64,000 bases of DNA from Oikopleura dioica. Its lineage: Eukaryota; Animalia; Chordata. The stretch covers positions 5,022,001 through 5,086,000 of the forward strand of contig OU015566.1 of NCBI GenBank assembly GCA_907165135.1, read 5' to 3'. The position numbers were made by a program, and so were the translations under genes. This document shows, in pieces, positions 1 through 12,645 of the stretch (positions are counted from its first letter, which is position 1; the number at the start of each line of letters is the position of its first letter). The notes below the pieces were generated by a model. That model did not search any database, was not told the DNA's origin, and saw nothing but the letters and a program-made list of their open reading frames with translations.

Positions 1-172
1 ACCACCGGCACTCCTACAACTTCTGGTGGTGATGAATCGCTGACACCGTCATTTCAGACACCTCCCACCGCTCAAAATCGCTCTGTTCCGGCTCGAGTTT
101 TTCCACAGCGACTCGAAAGGGAATCGTTTCGATTGTCAACAAAATTATCGCCAAGGGAAAAAGACGCCAAAG

Positions 173-748
173 GTGAAAGCAAGCATTCGACGGAATCTAT
201 TTCCCTTTTCGAGGAGCCAGCGATCATCGCCAACTTTGACTCGATCGACGACGACGACGATTCGCTCGCCAGTGACTGCTGCCGCTGCTGCTGCTGATCA
301 ATCTTCTTCCTTTGACGAATCTGACATTATTCGTCAAATTGACAATGCCAAAACTCCTTCTCCACCACTATCTATGCGACGTCGCTCGCCATCCTGCTCT
401 GCTCTTAATACGCCAGTCGTTGTCGCTCATGCTGCCACTGCAGCTGCTGATTCGAGTCAAAATTGGTCATACTCGATGCCGGATCTTAGGTAAGACTATT
501 TCTAATCAAACAATTTTACCCAAAAATTTAGCCAAGCCTACAACACTTTTGTTCGACCGACGGCTTTTGGCAAGCTTCTCGACGTCGCATTTCCAGCCAC
601 CACTGCCGCCACTGATGATGATGAGCAGCCACAATATGCATCAACTCCAGCAAAAAGAATACAGGCACTTGGGGCGCAGAGAATTTTTTTATATGTTTTG
701 ATTAATCCTCGGATTGGCATTTTTAACTTGGTTATTGATGCGAGTTGA
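173..748 (+). CDS. Element hypothetical Ser/Thr/Pro-rich protein (5' end uncertain; intron 490-531)
   Basis: ORF 173-493 continues in frame (SQAYNTFVRPTAFGKLL...) after removing a 42-nt GTAAG...TTTAG intron. Confidence 0.5.
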
Positions 749-1536
749 AAACACCAACCCGAGACATAGTCGACATATTATAATCGACAAACTCTGTTGC
801 CCCTAAAAGCCATCGCTCGAATCGATACACCAACAATTGGCGCCGCGGGAGCTGGTGCCAGATCCAGATCGCAAACAGGAAACGGGAGGAGCAATCGTCA
901 TTTGTTAGAAAATGACAAAATTTGTATGCATAGTGTCCGACTTTCCAATTTTTTTTGGTTTGTATTATTGGAACTAGTTGGAGCATGCATATAAATTTGT
1001 TCAACATTCGACGACTAAGCAAAATGATAATTGCTCCTCCCGATTAAAAAGTTGTTGCCACTATTCACGAGCTTCCGGAAGAAGAAGAAGATTATGAGGA
1101 CCAGCGACGCCGTACGGCCAGCCGTGGTGGTACCGTACGGTCTACCGTACGGCCTGGCCGGCGACAACGACGACAAACAGGCATGGGCGGTAAAATTACT
1201 ACCAACGTTACCATTTGTCGTACACAGGAACTTGTCCTTCTCTTGTAAATGAAGCGCAGTCTCTGTGAACGATTAAAGAATAACGTTATAATCGACTTAC
1301 AGTACCGCCCATTCTCAGACAATCTCAACTCTGTCGGCACAACAATTTCTCGCTCTTCTGAGCCTCCACCACTGACAGAGTTTGATGGCGGCGCACTCTT
1401 GAGCGACGAAGAAATTCAAGAAGACGACAGTGTTTTCATTGAAGACGACGAAGATGCTTCTTTCCAGTTTGGACCTTCGTCGCCAAATCGCCCGAAGCGC
1501 GAGCGTAAAAACCAGATAGATTCACTCATTGAGTGA

Positions 1537-1577
1537 GCTCCGCAAAAGTTCACTTCCCGCTCCACAAAAGTTCACTT
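1537..1577 (+). repeat. 19-bp direct repeat pair GCTCC(G/A)CAAAAGTTCACTT
   Basis: Two copies (1537-1555, 1559-1577) immediately after the stop of ORF 1249-1536, upstream of the large + strand gene. Confidence 0.8.
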
Positions 1578-1860
1578 GATTCGGCTTTTTAAAATGTTAC
1601 TTGTAACATAATTTTCTCACTTGTACGACTGCTTATTTCCCCTGTTTTTTCATTTTTAAATGTTACAAAGTGCATTTGACCTAAAACAACTTAGAATACA
1701 TTAGCTCCAATTTAATCAGTTTTTCTTTTATTTAGACTCGAAGTGTTCTTGACAAAGGTGGTGATAATTCAAGGAAAAGGTCTTGTCGACGACTATTGCT
1801 ATATTTTTATTATAGTGCAGTAGAAAATAGTTGGACAACATCTTTTTGTGTTCGTGCTTC

Positions 1861-4800
1861 ATGCAAACTCGATCACAAACAAAAAAGCCAACAAAAAGGA
1901 AAAGGCTGAAGAGGAATCAATCAAGGATGAGCCATCCGACACGTGGACACCAAGATCGCAGCGAGGCCGTTCGGCGCGGAGGAGGAGGAGGATTTCGTCA
2001 AAGCGACAGGCAGCAGCAGTGCCGTACGGCCCAGCGAGGCAGGAGCAGCGGAAGATTCACGACAAGAAGCCCTTACCAGCTCGAGCTCCAGCTTCAGATC
2101 GAAATCGTTCAATGCGGAGAGACGATTGCGCAACTATTGACGCGATGGGATCAAACTGCACAAATCAGGGATTGTTCTCAAGCTTTTTTAGTATTTATTT
2201 TACAAAAAAAAGAAAGTTTTGAAAACAATTCAAGAAATCCGTTTCAGGCCGGTCATGTTCGACGAATTCTAGCTGCGGGAGGATCATTAGATCCAGATGT
2301 GCTGGAATCAATTACAATGAACAATTCACCGACGAATGCGACTCGGAGATCGCCTCCATTCTCAACACAGCAGCACCAGCGGCAAGTGGCGGTACGCGCA
2401 CCTGTTCCGGGATGGATCATCCGAGCGGCGGAACATGCACTCGAATTTGTAACAAGGGGGCGAGTGCGAGCGAATCACAGCAACAGCGGCGCGGGCTTGG
2501 CCGTACGGCAGCCATACGGCAGCCGAACGGCACCGGCGAATCGATGGCAGCGGGGAGTCAATGGAAGCGTACAGCCTCCGCCGAATGTCCGAGCGATTCA
2601 AGCAAGAACAGGGAGCACAAGAGGCTTCGTTTCGGCGAATCAGAATCCATTGGATTCGATCCGAAGCGATCCACCACCGAGATACAGCACACTCTTTCCA
2701 CCAAGGGAGGATCCACCACCAGCGTACAAATCACCGTCACCTCCGCTTCAAGTCACGATCAACAACAACAACCGTACCACCCTACCACGAGCAAAAGGAC
2801 AAGTGATAACACCAGAGGAATGGTCTTCAACGAGTTCATCGGAGAGCGAGGAAGACAGCGAAAAAGCGCAAAAGATGAGAGAACTGCGCGAACAGAAAAT
2901 GAGTCGATTTCACGAAAGACTCAAAAGGCTCAGTATTCACAATCTACGAGTTCGACATCGGATGCGCAATCGCCGGGGCGGCACTCTTCTTCATCGTCAA
3001 CCCGCGATGCGATTGCCCGCTCCCGCAACGGACGAGAAGGAAGAATCCGAAAACGAGAGAAAACGGTCCAGCAGTGCCGTACGGCCCAGCAGTGCCGTAC
3101 GGCCCAGCAGTGCCGTACGGCCCAGCAGCGGATCGAGCATCAGCGAAGACGAGTGGCGTCGAAGGTGCGAAGCCCGTATCCCCGGTCAATCGGGCACATC
3201 AGAAGAAGAAGACGAAAGTGCACCAGCACCGAGTCAGAGTCTGACCACTCAGACCGCCGAGGTAGATCTAGATTCCGAAGACGACAGCGACGAGGACGTG
3301 GAAGATCTGCCAGTGATGACAAGCCCAGGCCCGGCGGCGGTGCCGTACGGCTCGGCGGCGGCGGGTCAAATTGTACTACATCGAGAAGCACCAGCCGAAC
3401 TGAGAATCCTTTCTTACCAACAAAATCGTCTCTCTGCTCTTCAAGTATTTTTAATCCGTCTGCGAGTTTGTTTGGAACTCGGTCAACAACGGAAACAACC
3501 ATCAATAACGATTATGATGTCGATCGCAGAAATCTTTCTCTTTTTGGCTCAGCTGACTCTCACCCTTGTCCGCCTGGGACTTCAAATTCAAGACGAAGAG
3601 TAAGCAAAAGGTAAATGATTGTTTGAAAAAGCAACTCTAACGCTAAGGTTAAGCGCTCCACCACCGCCACCGCCATTGACCACAATTCTCACCCACGGCC
3701 CAAACATTTCTCAAGACCGTCAAGAATCTGAATCGTCGCGCGATTATGACGACAGTGATGGCGATGAATCAGGCAATGAAATTGTCGATACAAAAATCTC
3801 TTCAAATCCCTTTCCCTCACCTTGGCTAATATTCGAAAGAGCTTTTTATCACGACATGGAGAAAAATGTTGGCCTTTTTAAAGATTCGTCAATTAACTTT
3901 GCCGATGAAAATTATGTTTCGCCTCGATTTCCAAATGGAAAAGCTGTCCGAATCGGAATGGCAACTCCTTCTTTCGAAAAAGTTTTACTGATGGGTGGTT
4001 TTAACGATCTTCTACCCGAGAATCTCTCAAAATTCGTATACTTTGACGAAGAGTATGTGAAAAAATCGTGTCTCAAGGCGTCCACATGCGAGAAATGGCG
4101 ACTGGCGACTCTTGAATTCTACCACTGTTTGGCAGATTTTGCATTTACATTCCAGAGGAAGCAAACAAAAGTCCCAGAGCACACAAGCATCCGCATATAC
4201 TCAAAGAGCGTATGTAGCATGCATTTACCCGAACCGTTGGATAAAACGCCACAACTCGAGGATTATGGACGCGATTTGACCAAATCGATGATCAACTTGT
4301 TTGAATACGCCGCCGATACGAGCTACATGGCAATCAAAAGTGACGACAATTTCAATCACGACAAGCAAGATGTCTATCAAGTGCACTTTTTTATTCCGAC
4401 CTCTTCCGGTACTTGGAATTGTTGAAAGCCTTTGTCGATTACGGCTTTCCAAAATATCAATCGACTTGCTTCATTGATGACGATAATGCGCTTTCGCTCA
4501 TTGATCCGTCGTGCTTGGATTCAAAAATGGTGGCAAATCTCGAATTGGCGATGAAACGTTTCGCCATGTATGGCGGCGATGAAAATCTATCGGGCGTTGG
4601 ATACTTACTTGCGATGCGAAAGTTTGTCGCCGATTACGCCGAGTACAGAAGATTCAGAATTCAAAAAGCCGCTAAAATGTCTGTCTCTGAAGTAACGCTG
4701 CTTTCAAAACATGACGAAACAAGTGACATCCAACGCCAGCTTGCCATGGACAAGATACGAACCGCTGCCCTCGGTGAAGCAATTGCCTCTTACGATCGAG

Positions 4801-5424
4801 ATCTGACTGCTCTGATTAGAAAACTACATCACTTGTATGTGATGTATGTTTTGCGAAATCCCATTGAAAACAAGACCAAAATGGCGAAATTTCTCAATTC
4901 ATTTGGAGAAAAGCGCTTCGATGTCAGCCACAACCTGAGCGAACCTAAAATCGAAGCGTTTCTTCAATTTCGAAGAGCTCAATACGAAAAGCTTTTGGGC
5001 GACAATACAAAAAATTTGTATCAAAAACTGGCCATTTTTCAATCGAAAAAATTGCCAGCCACTCAGCCCTCCTCCTCCTCCTCTACCGACACCGCCTCAT
5101 CCTCCTCCTCCTCCTCCTCTGACATTGAAAAAGATGATCAAGAAGAACAAAGTTCGCCCCCTTCTTTGACGTCTTTAAAATCACCTCAAGTTAACTCGCC
5201 TCCGGCGGCGGCGGCATCTCCAAAGTAAGCCAAAATTTACTCTACAAAAATTAATCTTTTCTATAAGCTTTGCAATCACTTTTGGTGATTTTACAAGCCC
5301 GATTTCTCCCCAAACAACGTCTCCAGCTGTTTTTGCGCCTCTTGTCCCGCCCGCAACTCAAGTTCATCGAAACGACGAGGATGATGGCACTTCTACCCCA
5401 TGCCAAGACGAAGCCTCTTTTTAA
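1861..5424 (+). CDS. Large element hypothetical protein: disordered basic/acidic N-half with two PPxY motifs, helical C-half
   Basis: ORF 1831-3603 joins ORF 3619-4425 via intron 3600-3647. Adding one base in the T6 run at 4387-4392 joins ORF 4413-5228 (HFFYSDLFRYLELLKAF). Intron 5225-5267 leads to a stop at 5422-5424. Confidence 0.6.
3069..3125 (+). repeat. 18-bp tandem repeat x3 (CAGCAGTGCCGTACGGCC) containing palindrome GCCGTACGGC
   Basis: Read directly; encodes SSAVRP x3 in the long frame. Confidence 0.95.
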
Positions 5425-5582
5425 AAATCTGTTCTTAATCATCATTCTAATTCCCTCCCTCCCCTCTCTCTCTCTCCCTGCATTTTTAGTGAAAAAACTA
5501 CTAATCAACTTGTCGCAAAATTAATTCAAAGTAAGAATAAAAGACACAAATTGAAAACAACAGTAGTTGACGTTTTTCGCAT

Positions 5583-6618
5583 TTATTCAAAAAGTCTATT
5601 TGCAGGAAAAGTTTGAATTACAATTTGATAAGCTAGAACTCGTGAAAGTGTGACATTAGATTCTTGGTAAACATCACGGCGACGAAATGTATTTTCAACG
5701 AGTTTGGATTTAAAGACTTCGGGTTGAATTTCTTCGACTAAATTTTCGAGAGATTCGGCATTGTAGATAAACTCGGTGTGATTAATACTCCCCCAATTAT
5801 TAGGGTAAATTAGCCCAAGTCTTTCCGTTACTTTTGTCTCCCCCAACTCGTGATCGTAAACAGTTTGCAAGGATTTAGCCATGTAGTAAGCATCGATGCT
5901 GACTCGAAGAAGCCCATGGAGTCCATAAACGAGTTTTCGTACAAGCTGCTCGAGATCACGATCGACCAAAACCGTAATAATATAGCGATTTTGAATTTGA
6001 GAAACATTCGACGATTTGAAGAAGTTTATGAAATTATAATTGTGTTTCCAATGTTGACCTTAAAATCGTTACAAATGGTTCAATAAATTAATTTACGTAT
6101 ATAGTATTTCGGAGGATGAGAAAGTGATCCCTCTCTTGACTCCAAAACTTCAAGTTCACCAGGCTCGAAATAAGAATCAGGAGTTGGCTCATCCTTTATC
6201 AAGTCATTTAAGACAGCTTTATCACTTTCAAATGCAATACTGGCAAGTTTGCGACTTTTTGCTCTCGCAGCATTATCGGCTTGATTATCGCTGCTTTCGT
6301 AGTCTATTCAAAAGTGTTTTCAAGTACTTTTTCACGGCTGCCTCCGATAATGAAAAAACACTTGACTGGGTGATAAGGGTCTTCGTACAAATTTGTCGCC
6401 GCCTTGTAATTGCTTGGATAAAGCATATCCAAATCAGCTACCATTGGATTATACTTGCTTCGATCGGCTTCTTCCTGAGCAATAAACTTGTCAAAAAAAG
6501 CACTTGACACGCCTTCTCCCCGCTCCAAATTCACTGCCTTTTCTCGTGTTTTTTTACGTCTCTCCTTGACATATGCTATAACAGCCGCTATATTTGGTAG
6601 AACTTCTTTTGTTGCCAT
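5583..6618 (-). CDS. Element hypothetical protein (~320 aa, spliced)
   Basis: ORFs 6304-6618 and 5583-5969 can be linked through an internal exon. Intron 6059-6096 gives ...HPPKYYIR|QHWKHNYNF; a ~32-nt intron near 6305-6336 is less certain. Confidence 0.55.
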
Positions 6619-6717
6619 TCTAAATAATCAAACATGACCAAATGGTTGTTTTTTTTGGTATTTAATAGAAAAGAAAATAAAATCACACGTTCACACAGTG
6701 TAAGAGGCACAGAATTT

Positions 6718-9700
6718 TTAAATCAATTCGCCGTCATATCTTCGAAGGGGAAGAGTGCTGACCTTATCATCGCAGATGATTCTTTTCGACAAAATAGGAT
6801 TGATGACTTTCTTGTGCATGACCCAAGTCTTCATACGTTCTCGCTTCCTGTCAAGTTGAATTTGAGGGATGCTCTTCTTGATTCGCTGGTTGTAATCACT
6901 ACCAAAAATGGCAATTAGATATTCGTAAAAAGATAATGGAACGCCATCGTTGCATCCTTTAGCAGATTTTTTGATTATTTTTGCGTGAGGTTCATCACCA
7001 GCAGCTTGAGCTAAAATATCAAATACATGATCCTCGTTGTCTTTTTTGATTAGCTCTTTAATCAAATCATTCATTTTAACATCAGTCATTGTATAGCATT
7101 TTGGGCTTATCGCTAGAAAAACACCATTCGTAATAGCGTCTTCTGTTTTCAAAAGGCCTGGTTCTTTTTGGCTTTCCACTGATTTTGTTGCAAACCACTT
7201 TGGTTTTATATCTTTGAGCCAGGACGCTTTCATCTCATCCCGAACGCAGTCGAATAGATCGTCTTCTGTCAGCGAAAGAAGAAAGGAATCAGTATCGCAA
7301 TATGTGAAGACAAAAGAGCCAGGTTTCAAATATTTGACCAAAATAAAATAAATTTAGTATACAACACTGTCATTCGTAATTATTTGTTTTCAAGACAAAA
7401 TTAACAAAAAATTTTAATCTTACAACATTTTAAACAGTGTTGTATACTACTTGGGTAAAATTGGTAGAAAAGAAGCTTCGAGTTTTGATATACTTGAATT
7501 TGCACATGAATGGCCAAATCTTCGTAAACACGTCTTTTTTTAAATTGAACTTCGTGAAGCGGATCCACAGCCATATCTTGAGCACGCAAACTTTTCATAT
7601 CTTTAAGCAAAGGATTTCTCAAAGCTTTATACAGACTATCGATTCCAACAACAGATGTTTGAACAAAGCGATCACGAGCTAAAGCAAATTTACCGATGCA
7701 TCCGTTCATCAACAGTTTTGCTACGGTTTGACCCGCAACGTCTCCATTCTTTTCCGAAGCAACTCGATCTGCAACCATTTTATTGACAAATTTTTTAAAC
7801 GGTTCTCCACGAAAATAAGTAACAAACCAATGAACCTTGTATTCCATTCCAAGCTTGTGATAATGCCTAAGCATTTCACTTGTTGCCAAATATTCGGTTG
7901 TATTATAGCAAAAAGCATTTTCTTCTTTGGGAAAGAGTCGATTTAATTCACGCTCAGAGAGAACATTCTTAAGATGTCCTTGGACATCCTCGGGGTTCAG
8001 ATGCACTTTATCAAAAATTGGCGGTATAAACGGATGATCTTGTTTTATCTTGTCTGTGGAGCGCAAATCGACCAAAGCAAAACCGAAAAATTTCGATTGT
8101 CCGGTCTCTTCATCATCCTCGTTGACAAGTTCTTTAAACATTGCTTCGGTTACTCCTTCGGTGCCTTCCTGCAATCCGTTGAATTTTGAGCTTGAACCGC
8201 GATACAAAAATGGGTAGCTCTTTGAAAAAGGAGGTTTATTCATCATTTCTAAACTGCTCCATTGTTTTAACCATCTGCATGCATATTTGATTTTGATTTC
8301 GTGATGAAAATTTGTTGGACCCTCAACAGGCGTGAACCCTTCTTCGTCACCGTCGTCACTGTTATCCTCATTTGTAACTAGAACAGGATTGGGCGCTCCT
8401 CGCTCAATGTCATCGCCCCGTCTGAGTGCCTCTACGATTGTGTGCAACCGAGCGTCATCGCGAGCCCTCAGCTCATCCACAGTAATTTTCTTGTACTTAG
8501 CACCACCGGAAACTTTTACTTTTTGTCCGAAGTAAGGCTTACGCTTGCACCAAGGACAAGCGTGATAAGAGCAGCCTCGAAATTCGAAAATGATCTTCTT
8601 TTTGACACGGGAAAATGGTGATATATATTCATCCAATTCAACATAGCCATCGACAGAATAACCACCAATTTTGATTTCTTTTCTGTTGTAAGAATGCTGA
8701 ATTTTACCATTATAACCGCCTTCTTTCCAATTCAGATATTCTAGCCATTTTATCGATTCAAGACTTGTGTTTTCTCGCTGAGCAAAAAGACCTTCTGAAA
8801 AAAAACGCGTTTCAGGTTCGCCATTGATCGTCTTTACTCTTGCGTTCGAATATTGCATTTGCTGTGGATGATAAAAAATACCAGGACCGCAAGGCATCGG
8901 CCCGCGAAAAATAGCTGGATAGAGTGAATTATAGTCCAATAATTCACATTTCTTGAAGGGTTTTCCATTTGGAGCCAGCCGCGCACCTTTTGGAATATTA
9001 TCGTCATCACCACGATTGAGAAATACGGCCCTATGCAAAACTTGACAGATTCCGCCAGACAATTTTTCTCGACATTTTCGATAAAAAAAGGCATGTGACG
9101 GAGGAATTGAATAAATTGGCGGACATTCTTTATCGTACATGACAAACGCAAGCTTCTGAGCTGTTGTTGCAATTGACAGATCACAATGCAATCCTATGCC
9201 AAACTTTTCAGAATACTTTTTGGCATAGCAACTGATTGCCCCTTCCAAAAGTTTCACGTCGTTGAAATTATATTCAAATAAAAACTCCATCATTGAAGGC
9301 TTTCTTCGAAATTGTCTTTCCATGACGCTCCACAAGTCAACACTGTCGGCGTATTTCTTTGGAGAGAAATTGAAAAAGTCGAGAGCTTTCTCATCAAGAG
9401 GATCACATTGAAAGCAATTCTTCTCTTTGTCGAATTTTAACAAACTCTTTAATTGAGCAACTTTTAAATCGTAAAATTCTTGAGCAGATGTAAAATTGCA
9501 CTCTTTGTTTTTGATAGCATCTTTGACAACTGGATCGCTTTTTAAATTTTTCAAATTCAAAAAATTTATAATGGGTTGAATGTCCAGCTCATCCCAAAGT
9601 TTCATTGATACTTTTTCATGAATTATAGAATTCATTTCAACTGGAAATTTTTCGCGCCCCTTCTTGATCGAACTAAGCGTCGAGTGAAAAGCCGAATATG

Positions 9701-12540
9701 CAGCAAACTTTTTTGAAGACATAAGTTGTTCAGTCGTTGTGTACCACTCATAAGGAAAATCACCCTTGCAGTAATGATCCGGATCTAAGCCACATGAGCG
9801 AGCCAACTTGTCTAATTTCATCGGAGCAGTGTAGTTTTTAAAATCTCTAAAACTTAGACCAAGCGCTTCAATCAACATGTAGCCAGCACCTCGCTTTATA
9901 ATATTAATTTGCTTTGCATCGCGTCCAGCAAACTCATAAAGAACGGCAATTAAAAGAGGATAGAGAACAGGCATATCGTATGTTTCGGAAAACCAGCCAT
10001 AAATTTTCAATTTTTGAAAATCCTTGAGGTAATTTAACTTTTTGCGCATCATTTGAAGATCTTCCGGAGATGTATGCTCACGAAGTTCCTTGTCGTTGAC
10101 ACGAGCTGAATAAAAATGTATCCCTTGAGTAATGCAATCGGGCAGTTCTTCAATCATCTCGTCGCGCAATTCCTCAAGATGCTTGATATATTGAGCAATC
10201 ATTAGAATAGTCGATTCATATCTGAAATCCTTGCAATAGAATATTTCTTTTTGCTTATCAGAAGTAAACGACGCCAGGGTTACCAAATTGTGAAACTTTT
10301 CCTTCTTTGAAAACGGACCCTCGCTCATCAACGATTCAATGTCGTATGTAGCAAAAAACTTTTGTGTATAATCGACAGAAGGCAAATATCCCTCTTCAAC
10401 CAACTGCTCTATAAACGCATTGACATCGTCGCCCTGTACACTTTGCCGGAAAATATATTCAGTATCTTGTCGACATGTAGCAATATGACGGTCCATTTTT
10501 GCCTTTTTCTCGGTAGTAAATAAACATTTGCTGTTTTTACATCTGGGCATCGTTTTGACACACGAATCAGGCAATATTTTAAATCTTGTTTCACTATCAA
10601 AAATGTTTGGCGTCGACGAAATAACATTTAGAATCGGTGCATAAGTTTGACTGTAATCAGAATCATCGCTAATGAGAGAACAAGGTGATACCAAATCCAC
10701 AGATATTTTATCGTCATCACCCCCACCATCAGATGAGACATCAGTTGCAAAAGTATTAGGCTCGCGTTGCGGCACTTGTGTAGTATCAGAATCAGAATCT
10801 AGCGCCAGACGTCGCCGGCGACTTTGCCCTGTCAAGTTGATAGTAGAATTATTATCACCATCATCCAAAAGTATCTCACCATCCCGAGCAAGATTGACAG
10901 AAATAGCATCAGCGGTGCCGTACGGCCTGTCGTACGGCGCGGCGGTGTCTTGCCGCGGCGAAGCACTCGACTCATCATCCGCACAAGTATCCAAAAAAGC
11001 AGCAGCGCCCCTATTCAATGCAACGTGGCTCTCTTTTGCGGCATCGTGCGCCTGCGCTTCCTCTTCAAGATTTTCCCATGCCGCTCTACGGTACTCTTCA
11101 TCATCATCAAAAGAACTATTTTCACTGGCGATAAACCCTTGAATAATTCTCGATTTGGCCGCAGTCGATTTAGAAAAAGCAGAAGCATCGATTTCATCTT
11201 GACCAAAACTAGCTTTTTGGTCATTATCCTTTTTTGAATGATAACAACCATTGCGCACCCAGCGTAGAATCTTGGCAGTTTTAGAACGAGAAACACTTGG
11301 ATTAAGTTTGACTCGTTTGTGATACTCTTTATCACAAGAAAGAGCCGGTAAACGATATGGTTCTTCAATAAATCGCTTATAACTCATGCTCGTCAAATCT
11401 CGGAATCGTTGTGCAAATTCATCTTCGTCAAAATTCGCCACCAAAAGATTGAGATGTCCATGTTTCCCTCTTGCCAGTGTGTTATAAAATGCAGTCTTTT
11501 TGTTTATATTGTCGTTGATATAATTTGCAAAAAACAGCGTTACACTTATTCCAAAATGAACACGAATTTTTTCAAATATACGGTCAGCAATGGTGAATTT
11601 TTCATTTTCACAAAGTCCAAGTGTTTTCCACATAAATCTTATCTTCTCAGGATAATCGGTTTTCTTTAGTTTTGGCCATCGTTTACGTGCAATCGCTTCC
11701 CAAAGTGAAATCCATTCAGAATCCAAATTTTCAATCACTTTCCGGCACGGGATTACATGAAAAGTCCCCAATTCGTCGAAATACGGCCGATTTGATTGAA
11801 TGACAATCGTCGGTCTGTCTGAAAAGCCATCTTTTCCAACATTATCAAACAAGTCCAACACACTTCGCAAGTCGGGTTTAGAGTTCAAACGATAGGGTCT
11901 GTAACAAATCGCATATTTAGCAAACTTGCCACCAAACAAACAGTATAAATCGATTCCAAGAAATTCTTCAATATCTGGTAAATCTCGACGCGATGGATTT
12001 TTACCAAATTTTTCAATTAAAGGTAAAATATTCACGTCAGTAAGAGTCTCCTTTAATTTCCGCGTCATTTTTGACGGCATTCTGGGCGTAATTTTAAGAT
12101 AATTCCACCAATTCAAACCAGTCAGAATAGCAGCATAAACATTTGAAACCATGGAAGAAACAGATGTCGTTTCACTGTCGAAAATATCGACTCCCTTTTT
12201 ACCAGCTCGATGCCGGGACCAAACACCACCCTCACTATCACTGCCATCACTGCTAGAGTCGTCAGATTGAAAAATATGATCATCAAAATCGTCGTCGTTA
12301 CAATAATCATTCAAGTCGAACATTGAGTGCGCTTGGTTTGAAACATTGTGCTTTTCAAGATTTGAATTTTCAATGACACTCCCAGTTTCCTTTTTAAACA
12401 AATACATTTCAATAAAATGCCAATTGCCTTACCTTTAGAAACAAACAATCTCTTTTATTTTTAGAATGAAGTCTTCGATTTATTCTGCTTTTTTCTTTAT
12501 TGGATAAGCCTGACACGCGGCCAGGCAAAATTCTATTCAT
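6718..12540 (-). CDS. polB: Protein-primed family B DNA polymerase (Polinton type), ~1900 aa, interrupted by a 95-bp insert
   Basis: ExoI ATYDIES, KGDFPYEW, ExoIII YNFNDVKLL, motif A LLDYNSLYP, motif B KLLMNGCIGKF, motif C YCDTDSF (in ORF 6718-7341). 5' exon from ATG 12540 joins in frame via GT-AG intron 12390-12432. Confidence 0.95.
7355..7449. mobile_element. 95-bp insert with perfect 16-bp terminal inverted repeats inside polB
   Basis: TAGTATACAACACTGT (7355-7370) and its reverse complement ACAGTGTTGTATACTA (7434-7449) around an AT-rich core. No TSD seen. Confidence 0.85.
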
Positions 12541-12645
12541 TTAAAAAAAAAATTTATTTTATTTTTGTTTCAGTCAAATGGTACAGTAAGACAAGTAGTA
12601 CAGCAAAACTACGCCAACTACCAGCTCATGAAAAAAGTGCTTACA

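Noticed and set aside
4386-4393. Programmed -1 frameshift joining ORFs 3619-4425 and 4413-5228
   Set aside because: The T run is not in the X-XXY-YYZ phase, and three other element frameshifts share the same one-base-short pattern, favouring error or slippage.
10672-11237. Plus-strand ORFs of 137-156 aa inside polB
   Set aside because: Antisense shadows of the low-complexity polB insert.
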